From assembly GCA_965248435.1 (NCBI GenBank), contig OZ252100.1, positions 3,232,001-3,296,000 of the forward strand: 64,000 nt of DNA. Reading direction: 5' to 3'. Positions 29,801 through 38,526 of this stretch are shown one piece after another. Both the position numbers and the translations under genes were made by a program. Position 1 is the first letter of the stretch. Each line of letters starts with the position of its first letter. Source of the DNA: Candidatus Latescibacterota bacterium. GTDB lineage: Bacteria; Latescibacterota; UBA2968; GCA-2709665. Under the pieces are notes generated by a model, which had not been told where the DNA came from, did not search any database, and saw only the letters and a list, made by a program, of their open reading frames with translations.

Positions 29801-29876
29801 CTATGGGGTATGGGCTCGGTGTTCGGGCGGTTTCCGACTCCGAGGGGAGGGTCAGTTCCATCTGCGTCGACGACAA
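26862..29876 (-). CDS. addB: AddB-like subunit (degenerate helicase plus PD-(D/E)XK nuclease with Fe-S cysteines)
   Basis: SASRLE...CPYRY, GRIDRID, WDYKTG, Q..LY, CKFCEYGPIC. It overlaps the addA start. Confidence 0.85.
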   Translation of the reverse strand: MSSTQMELTLPSESETARTPSPYPIDQLSAFCRMHPAEPKILFVPSPQVGYNLTTALAAQGVSWVNLRALTPAGLAEELAAPLLQAEGWSPLVQDTDLFFLDDLLAPAINSDPVPFFAPLSHSRGLRRSLIRTFHALRLGGLLPEVLKNATSSRARHLASLYGAYCQRLTDERLYDLAYLYERAIQNLPQEHGCLGREHFYAALDETVLPNLGYRFLKALCGDKIVRIGRAGFQSEPPKDATAVQFLDRPCLEPEGASAGARFGELSCSRSTDFHLIRPLGARSEIHAVLREVIQGRIPFDHVEIAYTSERPYLARLYNLTERYDLPATFASGLPVRFTRPGQALVGFYSWILSGFSSAELISLCRARGLDFGEVVQPHDLSALLQRARVRRGRDRVLPALHRLLETDVPDAGCPSRQRILKSIEGLLDLVPPSRTTLKAVCRASVAFLGEFAPLRSDLDARALESLKDRLGEIVRTVKMGAALESVVGHLNGLFGLHKAGASVARPGHLNVVPLDRAGYTARDHLFVLGMDAASFPGRALEDPILRDDERAQLPGELPLESIAPDRKVWQLERLLGLNFRSITFLTGSGGPAEGGESYPCAMLGQAAARPGALAGTKIQGITPRLDASLDEVEALLATRDSPLIQERLRLSYPWLVRGREAVQSRDRPELTRFDGWLGRSTPELNISDGRALLSASRLETLTRCPYRYFLKYVLRVAPPDEPDEDPSRWLSPLEFGRLIHDLFRDFMLALKAKNERPDVDKHIDLLLSMLREHVSKCAEHVPPPSEVTYQTDLRRLERVCQVFLRTESGRSGVEPLDFEVGFGFQEKAGLNQPDPVLLQFSESISLLLRGRIDRIDQVEQGIQIWDYKTGSSLPYPEGDLMRGGLNLQWALYAYAMNQILGVREHEKEVETSGYLFISDREHGRRTSAMLPDKSALAQLLEPMFEMVSQGGFFHFQKERQCKFCEYGPICAPEHRARKHLDETCSATSRLPDLMSSLRRWIDG

Positions 29877-29917
29877 TCCAGGATCCTTATCGCAAAAACA
29901 CTATAAGTAAGATCGCT

Positions 29918-30748
29918 TCAGTCTCTGACCCGTGTCTTTTCGTCCAGCTTCGCCAGCTGTAGCACTTTCATCGTGATCCCGACGGCGTTTCTCAGGTCCG
30001 CCCCTCGCAGGTCTGCACCTTCCAGCTTGACCTTGTAGAGGTCCGTATTTTGCAGATTGGCCTTTCGGAGGTCCGCATCTCGCAGGTCGGCCTGAACGAG
30101 GTCCGCATCCTGAAGCTTTGCATTTCGCAGGTCTGCACCCCGAAAATCCACATTTTGAAGGTTAGACTCTCGCAGGTTGGCCCCCTTGAGATTAGCTTCC
30201 CGCAGATTCGTGTTCAGGAGGTTGGCGCCCTGGAGGGTTGCCCTCGAAAGGTCGGCCCCCGAGAGGTCGGCCTCTCGCAGGTTGGCCCTCTGCAGGTTCG
30301 CCAAGTGGAGAGAGGCCTTTGTGAGCGAGGCCAGGCTCAGGTTGGCCAGTTCCAGGTCGGACGGCGAGAGCTGGGCCCCGTCGAGTTTGGCCTTCTCCAG
30401 GTTGGTGTTCTGGAGGCTGGTTCCGCTGAGATCCGCACCCCTCAGATCAGCCTCCCTGAGGTCGGCTTCATATATCCTGGCCCGCTGGAGGTTCACCCGA
30501 CGAAAGTCTCCCGCCCGCAAAGTCGCGCCGCTCAGGATGGCTTCGCTGAGCTCGGCATCTCGCAGATCGGCCCCGGATAGGTCCGCTCTTCCAAGATTCG
30601 CCCCGTGGAGGGTGGCTTTTTGGCCTTTTTCCCCTCCGGACCCCAGCCAGTCACCGTGGGCACGGAGGACCTCTCTGATCTGTGGTGGGGAAAGCGGCAA
30701 ACGAGGGTTATTCTCCGCTCTCGACTCTCGTTGTTCGTCGTTCGCCAT
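29918..30748 (-). CDS. Pentapeptide repeat protein
   Basis: About 40 tandem A(D/N)Lxx repeats after an L..H..WL.S.G..G..A cap. Confidence 0.92.
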   Translation of the reverse strand: MANDEQRESRAENNPRLPLSPPQIREVLRAHGDWLGSGGEKGQKATLHGANLGRADLSGADLRDAELSEAILSGATLRAGDFRRVNLQRARIYEADLREADLRGADLSGTSLQNTNLEKAKLDGAQLSPSDLELANLSLASLTKASLHLANLQRANLREADLSGADLSRATLQGANLLNTNLREANLKGANLRESNLQNVDFRGADLRNAKLQDADLVQADLRDADLRKANLQNTDLYKVKLEGADLRGADLRNAVGITMKVLQLAKLDEKTRVRD

Positions 30749-30987
30749 TAGCTATCAGGGAAAAGTTCGCGAGAAACCCGCGGCAACCAGGTTTCAGGAG
30801 CCACTTCTTAGAAGAACGGGGACCTTTTCGTAGAATGGGGAGACTTGCGCGGGGAATTCGAGAGGAGAAGAACGTCTCGAAGTAAAGTTAGCTCCTGAGC
30901 GAAAAGATTGCAAACGCTTAAGTGAAAAATATCGCTTTTTTCCGTTCAAGTCTAAACTCCAATTTCGGCGGGCTTCAGATTTCTGCG

Positions 30988-31016
30988 TTGCAAAGTTGAA
31001 GCGGTTTATTTATACT
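30988..31016 (+). promoter_or_regulatory. Sigma70-type promoter for phyH-2
   Basis: TTGCAA-N17-TATACT. Confidence 0.65.
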
Positions 31017-31069
31017 CACACATGAGCCCCATTAGAGAAAAGTAGGCTCGAGCGCTACAGCAACCGCTT

Positions 31070-32089
31070 TTGTCTGTTCAAACTTTGCAAGGAGAGCGTG
31101 ACGTGGCTTCTTTGTCTCAGGCGGTCTTGGAGGAGTTCGACGAGCGGGGATACGTGGTTGTAAAAGGGTTGCTCGACCCGGAGACCGACCTGAAGCCGCT
31201 AAAGGATGAGTATGCGGGTCTAGTGGATTCACTCGCGGAAAGATGGGTCTCGGAGGGGAAGCTCTCCTCAACTTATTCTGAGCTGCCTTTTGGTGAGCGT
31301 GTGACGCAGATCATGACGGAAGGGCAAGGGCTTTTTCAGCACTTTGATATCTCTCTGCCGCCGACATTGACCAAAGAGACGCCTATTCATACCGGGCCAG
31401 CTGTGTTCAATTTGCTACGTCACCCCCGATTGCTGGACGCAGTCGAGTGTTTTATCGGGCCCGAGATCACCTGCAACCCGGTACAGCACGTTCGTGTCAA
31501 ACCGCCCCAGCGGCTTATTCCCAAAAACTTGCTGAATGGGCTGGTGGTGTTCAACGATTGGCATCAAGACGTGGGGGTCGTGAATACAACCGCCGATTCC
31601 ACCGATATGCTTTCCGTGTGGATTGCTGTGACGGATGCGACACCCGAGAACGGCTGCATGGAATTCATACCGGGAAGTCACCGGAACGATAACGTCGCAC
31701 TCCATTGCAAAACGAAGCTGGAAGGAAAGAGCGGGTTCAGGTCCCGCCTCGCGATTCCGAAAGCGCATCGCGGTCCAAACGAACCCGTCCCCGTACCGAT
31801 AAGCGCCGGGGATGCGATCTTTTTTCATCGGCGAACGATGCACGCATCCCTACCCAACAAGAGCGATGGGATTCGCTGGAGCCTGGACCTTCGGTACAAC
31901 CCGACGGGCCAGCCCTGCGGGCGGGACTGGCTTCCAGGGTTTGTGGCACGGAGCCGTGCGCATCCCGAAACAGAGTTGGCCGACGCCGGGGCCTGGACTC
32001 AGCTCTGGAATGACGCTCGTGATGATTTGGGAGAAAACGGGACGCCTGAGTTCTTCAGATGGATGGAGGGTGATCCGCGCTGCGCATAA
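31070..32089 (+). CDS. Phytanoyl-CoA dioxygenase (PhyH) family protein
   Basis: Motifs CNPVQHVR.K, WHQD, ENGCM.FIPGSH, MHASLPN, RWSLDLRY. The start is uncertain. Confidence 0.9.
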   Translation: MSVQTLQGERDVASLSQAVLEEFDERGYVVVKGLLDPETDLKPLKDEYAGLVDSLAERWVSEGKLSSTYSELPFGERVTQIMTEGQGLFQHFDISLPPTLTKETPIHTGPAVFNLLRHPRLLDAVECFIGPEITCNPVQHVRVKPPQRLIPKNLLNGLVVFNDWHQDVGVVNTTADSTDMLSVWIAVTDATPENGCMEFIPGSHRNDNVALHCKTKLEGKSGFRSRLAIPKAHRGPNEPVPVPISAGDAIFFHRRTMHASLPNKSDGIRWSLDLRYNPTGQPCGRDWLPGFVARSRAHPETELADAGAWTQLWNDARDDLGENGTPEFFRWMEGDPRCA

Positions 32090-32094
32090 GAGCC

Positions 32095-32170
32095 GTGGAT
32101 CGTGGATCGTCGATCGTAACAGGCAGATCGCTAATAGATAGGGGCACGGTAACCGTGCCCCTAAAGTTTT
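32095..32170. repeat. GTGGATC heptamers plus a perfect REP-like palindrome or bidirectional terminator
   Basis: GTGGATCGTGGATCGTCGATCG, then TAGGGGCACGGT-A-ACCGTGCCCCTA (32139-32163) followed by a T run. Confidence 0.65.
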
Positions 32171-32204
32171 TTGACCGGAACTGGAAGAACGATCCGATAG
32201 AAGT

Positions 32205-33181
32205 TCACCGACTGATTTCGTTCGGATTCGGATCGGTTTTGCCTCTCTCGATCAATGCCTCGACATCTGATTTTGTAATCAATGGAAAGTTTTCATCTGG
32301 CGTGGACAACTTGAGCGCGGCCGCGGCCGATCCATACTTGAGGCCTGCTTCCGTATCCCCACTGAGAAAACCGTAGAGGAACCCTGCATTGAAGGCATCG
32401 CCAACACCGAAGCGATTCAGGACGACGGCCTGATAAGGCTCCGACCTGTAGATCCGGTCGGCAAGGACGCAGGCCCCTCGCTCACCCAGGCTCAAGACGA
32501 TTACTCTAGCATCGAATTTCTCTCGGAGCTTTCCTACCACCTGATCGTGCTCTCCACGGAGTGAAAAGATCGACCTCGCCTCTTGATCACTCACGAACAG
32601 TACGTCGGATCCGTGCAAAAGGGGACCGAGGGTCTCAGCCGCTTTCTGCGGTGTCCACATAGTCGATCGAAAGTTCACGTCGAAGGAGATCGTGAGGCCT
32701 CCCTCCCTCGCCTCGTCCAGTGACCTCTTCATTGTCTTCAGACAGGCTCCCCCGATTGCCGCGGTTATGCCGGTGAGATGGAGATGAGTAGCGCTCCTTA
32801 CAAACTGCCAGTCGACTTCCTCGGGGCGAGGGTGGTCGCCGAAGAATGGGTTCGGTCGTAGATCACTCGATTCGGTCGGGGCGGCGAGCCGGTCTCCGCG
32901 TAGATGATTCCAACCCGCCCCTCACTGTCCCAAACGATTCCGGTGGTGTCGACGCCCATCCCCCGTATGGTGTTGACCATTCCCTTCGCGAGGGGGTTGT
33001 CGGGTAGTTTGCTGATCCATGCCGCGGGAATCCCAAGTCGGGCGAGTCCTACGGCGACGTTGACCTCGGACCCTCCGACGCGGAGATCGAGCCGCCTCGC
33101 CCTTTCGAGCGCTCCCTGGTGCTCAGGGGTCAGAAAGAGCATGGCTTCACCGATGGTCACGACACGGGGTGACTGGCTCAT
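32205..33181 (-). pseudogene. PfkB sugar kinase (KdgK-like), split by a 1-nt frameshift
   Basis: The N-terminal half (VVTIGEAM, GGSEVNVA.GLARLG) shifts frame at the G4 run 32823-32826 into PEEVDWQFV...HLTGIT...DVNFR...GVGDAFNAG. This could be a sequencing error. Confidence 0.85.
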
Positions 33182-33189
33182 CTGACACC

Positions 33190-33445
33190 CGTGGATCGTC
33201 GTTCGTCGTTCGTGGATCGCAAAGCAAACCTCACCGCAGAGACGCGGAGGCCGCGGAGAAAATCGAATAATGAATGTCGAACCGCAGAACGTAGAATCGT
33301 GAAGGAAGAGGGATTTTCGCGCATATCTCAGTAACCCGATCGTGGACCATTGTCTTGAGAAGCCACCCAGTTTTTGATCAGGCATTCCTTATAGCGAAAT
33401 AGCGAGGTTTCGTTCGATATTCGGCGTTCATCATTCGATATTCTC
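33190..33445. repeat. Stacked short-repeat intergenic elements (7-mer and 9-mer)
   Basis: GTGGATCGTCGTTCGTCGTTCGTGGATC, then CACCGCAGAGACGCGGAGGCCGCGGAGA, then GAATAATGAATGTCGAA... inverted against ...TTCGATATTCGGCGTTCATCATTCGATATTC. Confidence 0.55.
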
Positions 33446-33495
33446 CTTTATGTTTAGAGATCCGAAGGTCAATGGAGAGTTTAACCGGATCAAGC

Positions 33496-34080
33496 TTAGT
33501 CGCTGAAGGTGTAGGTCTTCGTCTCGGTGAAGACCCTGTCGAGGCGCTGGTCTTGAGGCCCTGAAGGAACCTCGTCGAGGCGCTGGAAGTCATACGCGAG
33601 GCCTACTTTCAGGGCGGAGGTGCCAGCCAAAAAGCGGTCGTAGTAGCCGCCGCCGAATCCGATGCGATACCCCCTTCGGTCGAAGGCGACCACTGGAACG
33701 ACGATCAGGTCGAACGCCTCGGGCAGGACGTGCGCCCCTGCCCCTTCAGGCGGTTCGAGGAGGCCCAGGGGGTTCGGCTCCAGGTTCTCGAGGCTATCGA
33801 TTTCTCGATGGATCATCTCGCCTCGCTCCGAGGTCAATACAGGCACGGCGACACGCTTGCCAGCTTCGATGGCGAAGCGAATCAGCGTGTGCGTATTCAC
33901 TTCATTTCTCACAGAGACATAACAGCTAAAGCAGGTCGCCCGCTGGTAGAAATCGGTTTCCGTAAGCCGGCGAGTCACAGCCTCCCCTGCCTGGCGAACT
34001 TCACCGTCCCCTAGCTGCTCGCGCATTTCGAGCAGGCGACTGCGGATATCACTTTTCTTTGGTTTCAACCTGGCTTCCAC
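33496..34080 (-). CDS. 5-formyltetrahydrofolate cyclo-ligase
   Basis: K..IRSRL, NEVNT, DLIVVP.VAFDRRGYRIGFGGGYYDRFL, D.RLD.V.TE. The start is placed downstream of the promoter at 34103-34131. Confidence 0.92.
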   Translation of the reverse strand: MEARLKPKKSDIRSRLLEMREQLGDGEVRQAGEAVTRRLTETDFYQRATCFSCYVSVRNEVNTHTLIRFAIEAGKRVAVPVLTSERGEMIHREIDSLENLEPNPLGLLEPPEGAGAHVLPEAFDLIVVPVVAFDRRGYRIGFGGGYYDRFLAGTSALKVGLAYDFQRLDEVPSGPQDQRLDRVFTETKTYTFSD

Positions 34081-34102
34081 CTGTTTCAGGAATCGAGGCC
34101 GA

Positions 34103-34131
34103 ATAATAGGTCTGCACCTCCGGAATGTCAA
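34103..34131 (-). promoter_or_regulatory. Sigma70-type promoter for the cyclo-ligase
   Basis: Minus strand reads TTGACA-N17-TATTAT. Confidence 0.7.
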
Positions 34132-34161
34132 GGCAGGCAGGAGAATCGGCACAAAGTTCAC

Positions 34162-34190
34162 TTGACTTTGGGAAAGTCGATATCTAAATT
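34162..34190 (+). promoter_or_regulatory. Sigma70-type promoter for the uppS operon
   Basis: TTGACT-N17-TAAATT, back-to-back with the divergent promoter. Confidence 0.6.
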
Positions 34191-34250
34191 TATAAGCTAC
34201 AAGATCTTAAAAGTGGAAAGACGTGCTTGTCGCAAACCCGGAAATGAAAA

Positions 34251-35069
34251 ATGGACCACCAAGACGCTGAAATCCAGGCGGGGTTGAAGGCGAAGGGCAA
34301 GTTGCCCGGGCATGTGGCCATCATTATGGACGGGAATGGGCGCTGGGCTCAGGGGCAAGGGCTGCGCAGAAGCGAGGGGCATCGAACGGCACGGGATGTG
34401 GTTCGGGACATCGTACGGGCCTGTGGTGAGCTCGAGATCGACATTCTGACGCTCTTCACTTTCGGAACGGACAATTGGAGACGGCCGTGGGCGGAGGTGC
34501 TGTCTTTGATGAAGCTCCTGCGAGATGCCAGTGTCGAGGAACTCGAAGAACTTCAGAAGAACAACGTCAGGCTGATCGCGACGGGAGATACGGATCGGCT
34601 GGCCAAGCAGGCCAAGAGGGCGGTGCTGTATGCAATCAAAGAAACTGCTGAGAATACAGGCCTCAGGCTGAACCTGGCCCTAAGTTATGATGGTCGGAGC
34701 GAGATCGTTGATGCTGTAAAGCGAATTGCTGAGGAGGTTGAACGGGGTGCGCTCAGGTGCAACCAGATCAACGAAACGACGTTTGCATCCTCTCTGTATA
34801 CGGCAGATCTGCCGGACCCCGACCTGCTGATTCGGACGAGTGGAGAGATGAGACTGAGCAATTTTATGCTGTGGCAATGCGCCTATACCGAACTCTGGTT
34901 CACGCCGGTGCTTTGGCCCGATTTCCGCCGCGAGCATCTTTACGAGGCTGTCCGTGTTTACCAATCCCGCGAGCGACGATTCGGGCGAACGAGCGCTCAG
35001 GTCCATTCAGGTGAGTCAGGCGAGGGAGGCAATGGACATTTAGAGCGCGCTGACCTCTCCACGGCCTGA
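34251..35069 (+). CDS. uppS: Undecaprenyl diphosphate synthase
   Basis: Motifs HVAIIMDGNGRWA, DPDLLIRTSGE.RLSNF, LWPDF, ERRFG. Confidence 0.96.
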   Translation: MDHQDAEIQAGLKAKGKLPGHVAIIMDGNGRWAQGQGLRRSEGHRTARDVVRDIVRACGELEIDILTLFTFGTDNWRRPWAEVLSLMKLLRDASVEELEELQKNNVRLIATGDTDRLAKQAKRAVLYAIKETAENTGLRLNLALSYDGRSEIVDAVKRIAEEVERGALRCNQINETTFASSLYTADLPDPDLLIRTSGEMRLSNFMLWQCAYTELWFTPVLWPDFRREHLYEAVRVYQSRERRFGRTSAQVHSGESGEGGNGHLERADLSTA

Positions 35070-35139
35070 AATGGTTGCGATCGTGCTGAAACTTCGACTA
35101 CCCTTGTCGCGCTTCCTAGTCATGCGGTGAGGAGAAGGT

Positions 35140-35976
35140 TTGGCGAAGCCATCCGAGCTGAGCCTGCGTGTATTCGCGGCAGCAGTTTTTGGTCCAATCC
35201 TGTTGGCTTTGTTCTGGTTTGGCGGGATTCCTCTGATTGTCGGTCTCTGCCTGATGCTGGGAGGAGGGACCTGGGAGTTTTACAGGATAGAAAAGCAGAA
35301 GGGGCTGCGTCCCTGGACCTGGTTGGGGATTGCGGCCTCTTTGATTTGGTGCCTTGCGATCCTTCGATACCAGTCAGGAACGCTTTTCGTAGTCCTGGGT
35401 ATGCTCTTCGTCGTTTGCTTCGCTCCGATTCTCGTCAAGAGACTTGAAACGTTTCGTGTTCGTCACGCATTTTCCACCCTGAAGGGTTTTCTTTACGTCG
35501 GATTCTTGGGCAGTTTTGCGTACCTGGTGCGGAACTTCCCCGAGTTTGAGGGGTCTGAGTTTGGAGCTGCCCTGCTATCGATTACGATCCTGGCGGGAAT
35601 ATGGGCCACTGACATCGCTGCCTACTTCCTGGGTCGCTGGTTTGGAAAGCACAGGCCTTTTCCAACGATCAGTCCTGGCAAGACGGAGGCAGGATTCGTC
35701 GGCGGATTCCTTGCCGGTGCGGCCGTCGTTATGGCGGGTTCCCTGGTTTTTGATGTGATCCCATTCGGGGTGTCGTTCGGGCTTGCTGCCGTCGTGGGGT
35801 TCGGGTCGCAGGTCGGGGACCTCTTCGAGTCGATGATTAAACGCGAGGCTGGAATAAAGGATAGCTCGAGGCTCATTCCCGGACACGGCGGCATCCTTGA
35901 CCGATTCGACGGGTTCCTGTTCGTTTTTCCGCTCGCCTATCTCTATCTGTCTCTTTTGCCCAAGCTAACTCCATAA
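35140..35976 (+). CDS. cdsA: Phosphatidate cytidylyltransferase
   Basis: Motifs W.TDIAAYF.G, ISPGKT, GDLFESMIKR..GIKDS..LIPGHGG.LDRFD. Confidence 0.95.
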   Translation: MAKPSELSLRVFAAAVFGPILLALFWFGGIPLIVGLCLMLGGGTWEFYRIEKQKGLRPWTWLGIAASLIWCLAILRYQSGTLFVVLGMLFVVCFAPILVKRLETFRVRHAFSTLKGFLYVGFLGSFAYLVRNFPEFEGSEFGAALLSITILAGIWATDIAAYFLGRWFGKHRPFPTISPGKTEAGFVGGFLAGAAVVMAGSLVFDVIPFGVSFGLAAVVGFGSQVGDLFESMIKREAGIKDSSRLIPGHGGILDRFDGFLFVFPLAYLYLSLLPKLTP

Positions 35977-36017
35977 AGAGTAGAATTCAGCCTCTCGGAT
36001 TCTGGTGATCGGGACCC

Positions 36018-37172
36018 ATGGCGATTCAGGTTGCCCTCCTCGGCTCCACGGGGTCGATCGGAAGGAACACACTGGACGTCCTCGAAGGATTGAGGGACAG
36101 GTTCCAGGTATTCGGCCTCAGTGCCAACACGAGTGTGGATCTGCTCTACGAACAGGCTGCGCGTTTCGGGCCGAAGCAGGTCTGTCTGGGCGAGTACTCC
36201 GAGGAGGACGCTTCTCGATTCCGTTCGCTCGGCGCAGAAGTTCTCTGCGGACCCGAAGGGCTTCTGGAGCTGGCGACGCACTCAGAGGCGGATCTCGTCG
36301 TGAACGGCCTCGTGGCTGGTGTGGGGTTGAGGCCAACGCTGGCTGCTATCGAAGCTCGGAAAGATGTGGCCATCGCGAACAAAGAGACGCTGGTTGTGGC
36401 CGGCCAATTTGTGACTGACCTGGCGGCTCGACAAGGGGTCAAGCTGATCCCGCTCGACAGCGAACTGACGCCGCTTTGGCAGACGCTGACGGAATCGGGG
36501 AACGACGATGTGAGGCGGATCCTGCTCTCCGCTTCAGGGGGTCCCTTCTTTGGGCTCACCGCCGAGGAGATGGCGCGCGTGACCCCGAAAGAGGCGCTGC
36601 GGCACCCGACCTGGAAGATGGGTCCCAAGATCACGATCGACTCGGCCACGCTGATGAACAAGGGCTTCGAAGTCATCGAAGCCCACTGGCTTCTTGGACT
36701 CGCAATCGATCGAATCGACGTCGTGATTCACCGGCAGTCGATCGTGCATTGTCTCATCGAGTTTGTGGACGGCGGACTTACGGCACATCTCAGCACTCCC
36801 GACATGCGGCTGCCGATCCAACAGGCGCTGACGCATCCAGAACGGATGCCGACCCGCGTCTCCCCCCTCGACCTGGAAGAGGTAGGAGAGCTGAGCTTCT
36901 TCCGACCTGACCTTGAACGTTTTCCGTGCCTAGCACTGGCCTACGAGGCGGGCAGGGCTGGCGGCACGGCGCCGGCGGTGCTTAACGCCGCGAACGAAGT
37001 CGGCGTTTACGCGTTTCTGGATGGGCGTATCGGATTCCTGGACGTTGCAAGGGTGGTCCGACGGACTCTGGATGCCCACCCGATCGAATCGGGTGAAGCC
37101 TTGGAAGCACTTTTCGAGGCGGGCCGATGGGGCAGAGAGAAGGCGGAGGCGTTCGTTTCGAAACTAGGGTGA
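36018..37172 (+). CDS. dxr: 1-deoxy-D-xylulose-5-phosphate reductoisomerase
   Basis: Motifs LGSTGSIG, ANKE, PLDSE, ASGGPF, HPTW.MG.KIT.DSATLMNKG.EVIEA, NAANE. Confidence 0.96.
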   Translation: MAIQVALLGSTGSIGRNTLDVLEGLRDRFQVFGLSANTSVDLLYEQAARFGPKQVCLGEYSEEDASRFRSLGAEVLCGPEGLLELATHSEADLVVNGLVAGVGLRPTLAAIEARKDVAIANKETLVVAGQFVTDLAARQGVKLIPLDSELTPLWQTLTESGNDDVRRILLSASGGPFFGLTAEEMARVTPKEALRHPTWKMGPKITIDSATLMNKGFEVIEAHWLLGLAIDRIDVVIHRQSIVHCLIEFVDGGLTAHLSTPDMRLPIQQALTHPERMPTRVSPLDLEEVGELSFFRPDLERFPCLALAYEAGRAGGTAPAVLNAANEVGVYAFLDGRIGFLDVARVVRRTLDAHPIESGEALEALFEAGRWGREKAEAFVSKLG

Positions 37173-37227
37173 TGGTCGCGCGTTGAAGAGCATGATAACG
37201 TTTGTCCTCAGATAGGAATTACAACCT

Positions 37228-38526
37228 GTGATTACTTTCCTTTCGTTTGTTTTTGTCCTGGGTGTGCTGGTTTTCGTTCACGAATTGGGCCACTTCCTCG
37301 TTGCCAAGCGGGCCGGTATTCGGGTGGAGCGGTTTTCACTTGGGTTTCCGCCGAAGGCGTTCGGGGTCACGGTGGGTGAAACGGAGTACTGTATTTCGTG
37401 GCTGCCAATCGGCGGCTACGTGAAGGTCGCGGGGATGGCCGATTTTGGAAACGAAGAACCCGAGGGCAAGCCGTGGGAATTTCAGTCGAAGCCGATCTGG
37501 GTAAAGATGGCCGTGATGGCGGCGGGCCCCTTCATGAATTTCTTACTCGGGTTTCTTATCATCCTGGGGATTCGCCTCGGGGCGGGTGAATACGCCTTTT
37601 TGACCTCGACTCAGATCGGGAGGCTGAATGCCGAGTCTCCATTGAAGGCAGCCGGGGTGGAACCGGGTGACCGAGTCGTATCGGTTTTGGGAAAGGCCGT
37701 TGAGGACTGGACGGAGCTGATCAGCGCGCTCTCGAGCGTCAAGGGTCAATTGATCCCTCTGGAGGTCCTGCGTGAGGGAAGCGCAATTGCTTTAAATGTG
37801 AGGATTGAACCGACGGCGAAGTCATTCGGTATCGATCCATATGTCCCGTCGACTGTGGGATCGGTCCTTCCCGGGCGTCCAGCCGAAGCGGCCGGGCTCC
37901 TCACGGGCGATCGAATCGTTTCGGTGGACGGCCTTCTGGTGCCCCAGTGGTGGGACATGAGTCGAGAGATCTCTGCCCGACCTGAAAAGGAGATCGAAAT
38001 TCGCTGGCTTCGAGACGGTGTGGAGTACTTGGCTCGAGTCACTCCTCGTGGGGAAGAGGTACAGGGAAAGACGGTCGGGAGGATCGGCATCGGGATGTCG
38101 ATGGCGCGCACGCCTGTCGGGTTTGGCAAGGCGGTTCTCAGGAGTGGCGGGGAGATGCTGAAGTTTGCGACAGCCATTTTCGTGTTTATTAAACGGCTCA
38201 TATCTGGGGAAGAGTCAGGGCGCGCGCTTGCAGGGCCGGTGATGATTGCTCAGATGGCAGGCGAAAGCGCACGTCAGGGGTGGGAAGCCCTCCTCTCATT
38301 CATGGCCCTTCTGAGTTTGAACCTGGCCGTTCTCAACCTGCTTCCGATCCCGATGCTGGACGGTGGCCACTTGGTGATCCTGGCCATCGAAGGGGTGATT
38401 CGGCGTCCACTTTCGGCGAGACACAAGGAAGTTTTACAACAGGTGGGGTTCGCCTTCCTGCTCTTCGTGATGATCTACGTAACCTTCGGGGACATTACGA
38501 GGCTTTTTGGTTGGTTCAGTCAATGA
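37228..38526 (+). CDS. rseP: RIP metalloprotease RseP
   Basis: HELGH, two PDZ domains, NLLPIPMLDGG, and synteny with dxr. Confidence 0.95.
   Translation: MITFLSFVFVLGVLVFVHELGHFLVAKRAGIRVERFSLGFPPKAFGVTVGETEYCISWLPIGGYVKVAGMADFGNEEPEGKPWEFQSKPIWVKMAVMAAGPFMNFLLGFLIILGIRLGAGEYAFLTSTQIGRLNAESPLKAAGVEPGDRVVSVLGKAVEDWTELISALSSVKGQLIPLEVLREGSAIALNVRIEPTAKSFGIDPYVPSTVGSVLPGRPAEAAGLLTGDRIVSVDGLLVPQWWDMSREISARPEKEIEIRWLRDGVEYLARVTPRGEEVQGKTVGRIGIGMSMARTPVGFGKAVLRSGGEMLKFATAIFVFIKRLISGEESGRALAGPVMIAQMAGESARQGWEALLSFMALLSLNLAVLNLLPIPMLDGGHLVILAIEGVIRRPLSARHKEVLQQVGFAFLLFVMIYVTFGDITRLFGWFSQ

Noticed and set aside
23645-29876. Helicase plus Cas4-like nuclease pair as a novel defence system
   Set aside because: Gene order, sizes, overlap and Fe-S cysteine pattern fit housekeeping AddAB.
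29960-30620. 15-bp periodic DNA repeats; also ~125-bp periodic repeats at 49330-51110
   Set aside because: These are explained by pentapeptide and propeller protein repeats. They are not CRISPR, since there is no identical repeat with unique spacers and no cas gene.
32798-33385. N-terminal extension of the PfkB ORF, and ORFs at 38563-39078 and 59466-60043
   Set aside because: They read through intergenic short-repeat elements. Kinase homology begins at ATG 33181.
34081-34250. Possible 6S RNA upstream of the 5-formyl-THF cyclo-ligase
   Set aside because: A near-consensus promoter lies only about 20 bp upstream of the start, leaving no room for a ~180-nt RNA, and no 6S-like structure is seen.
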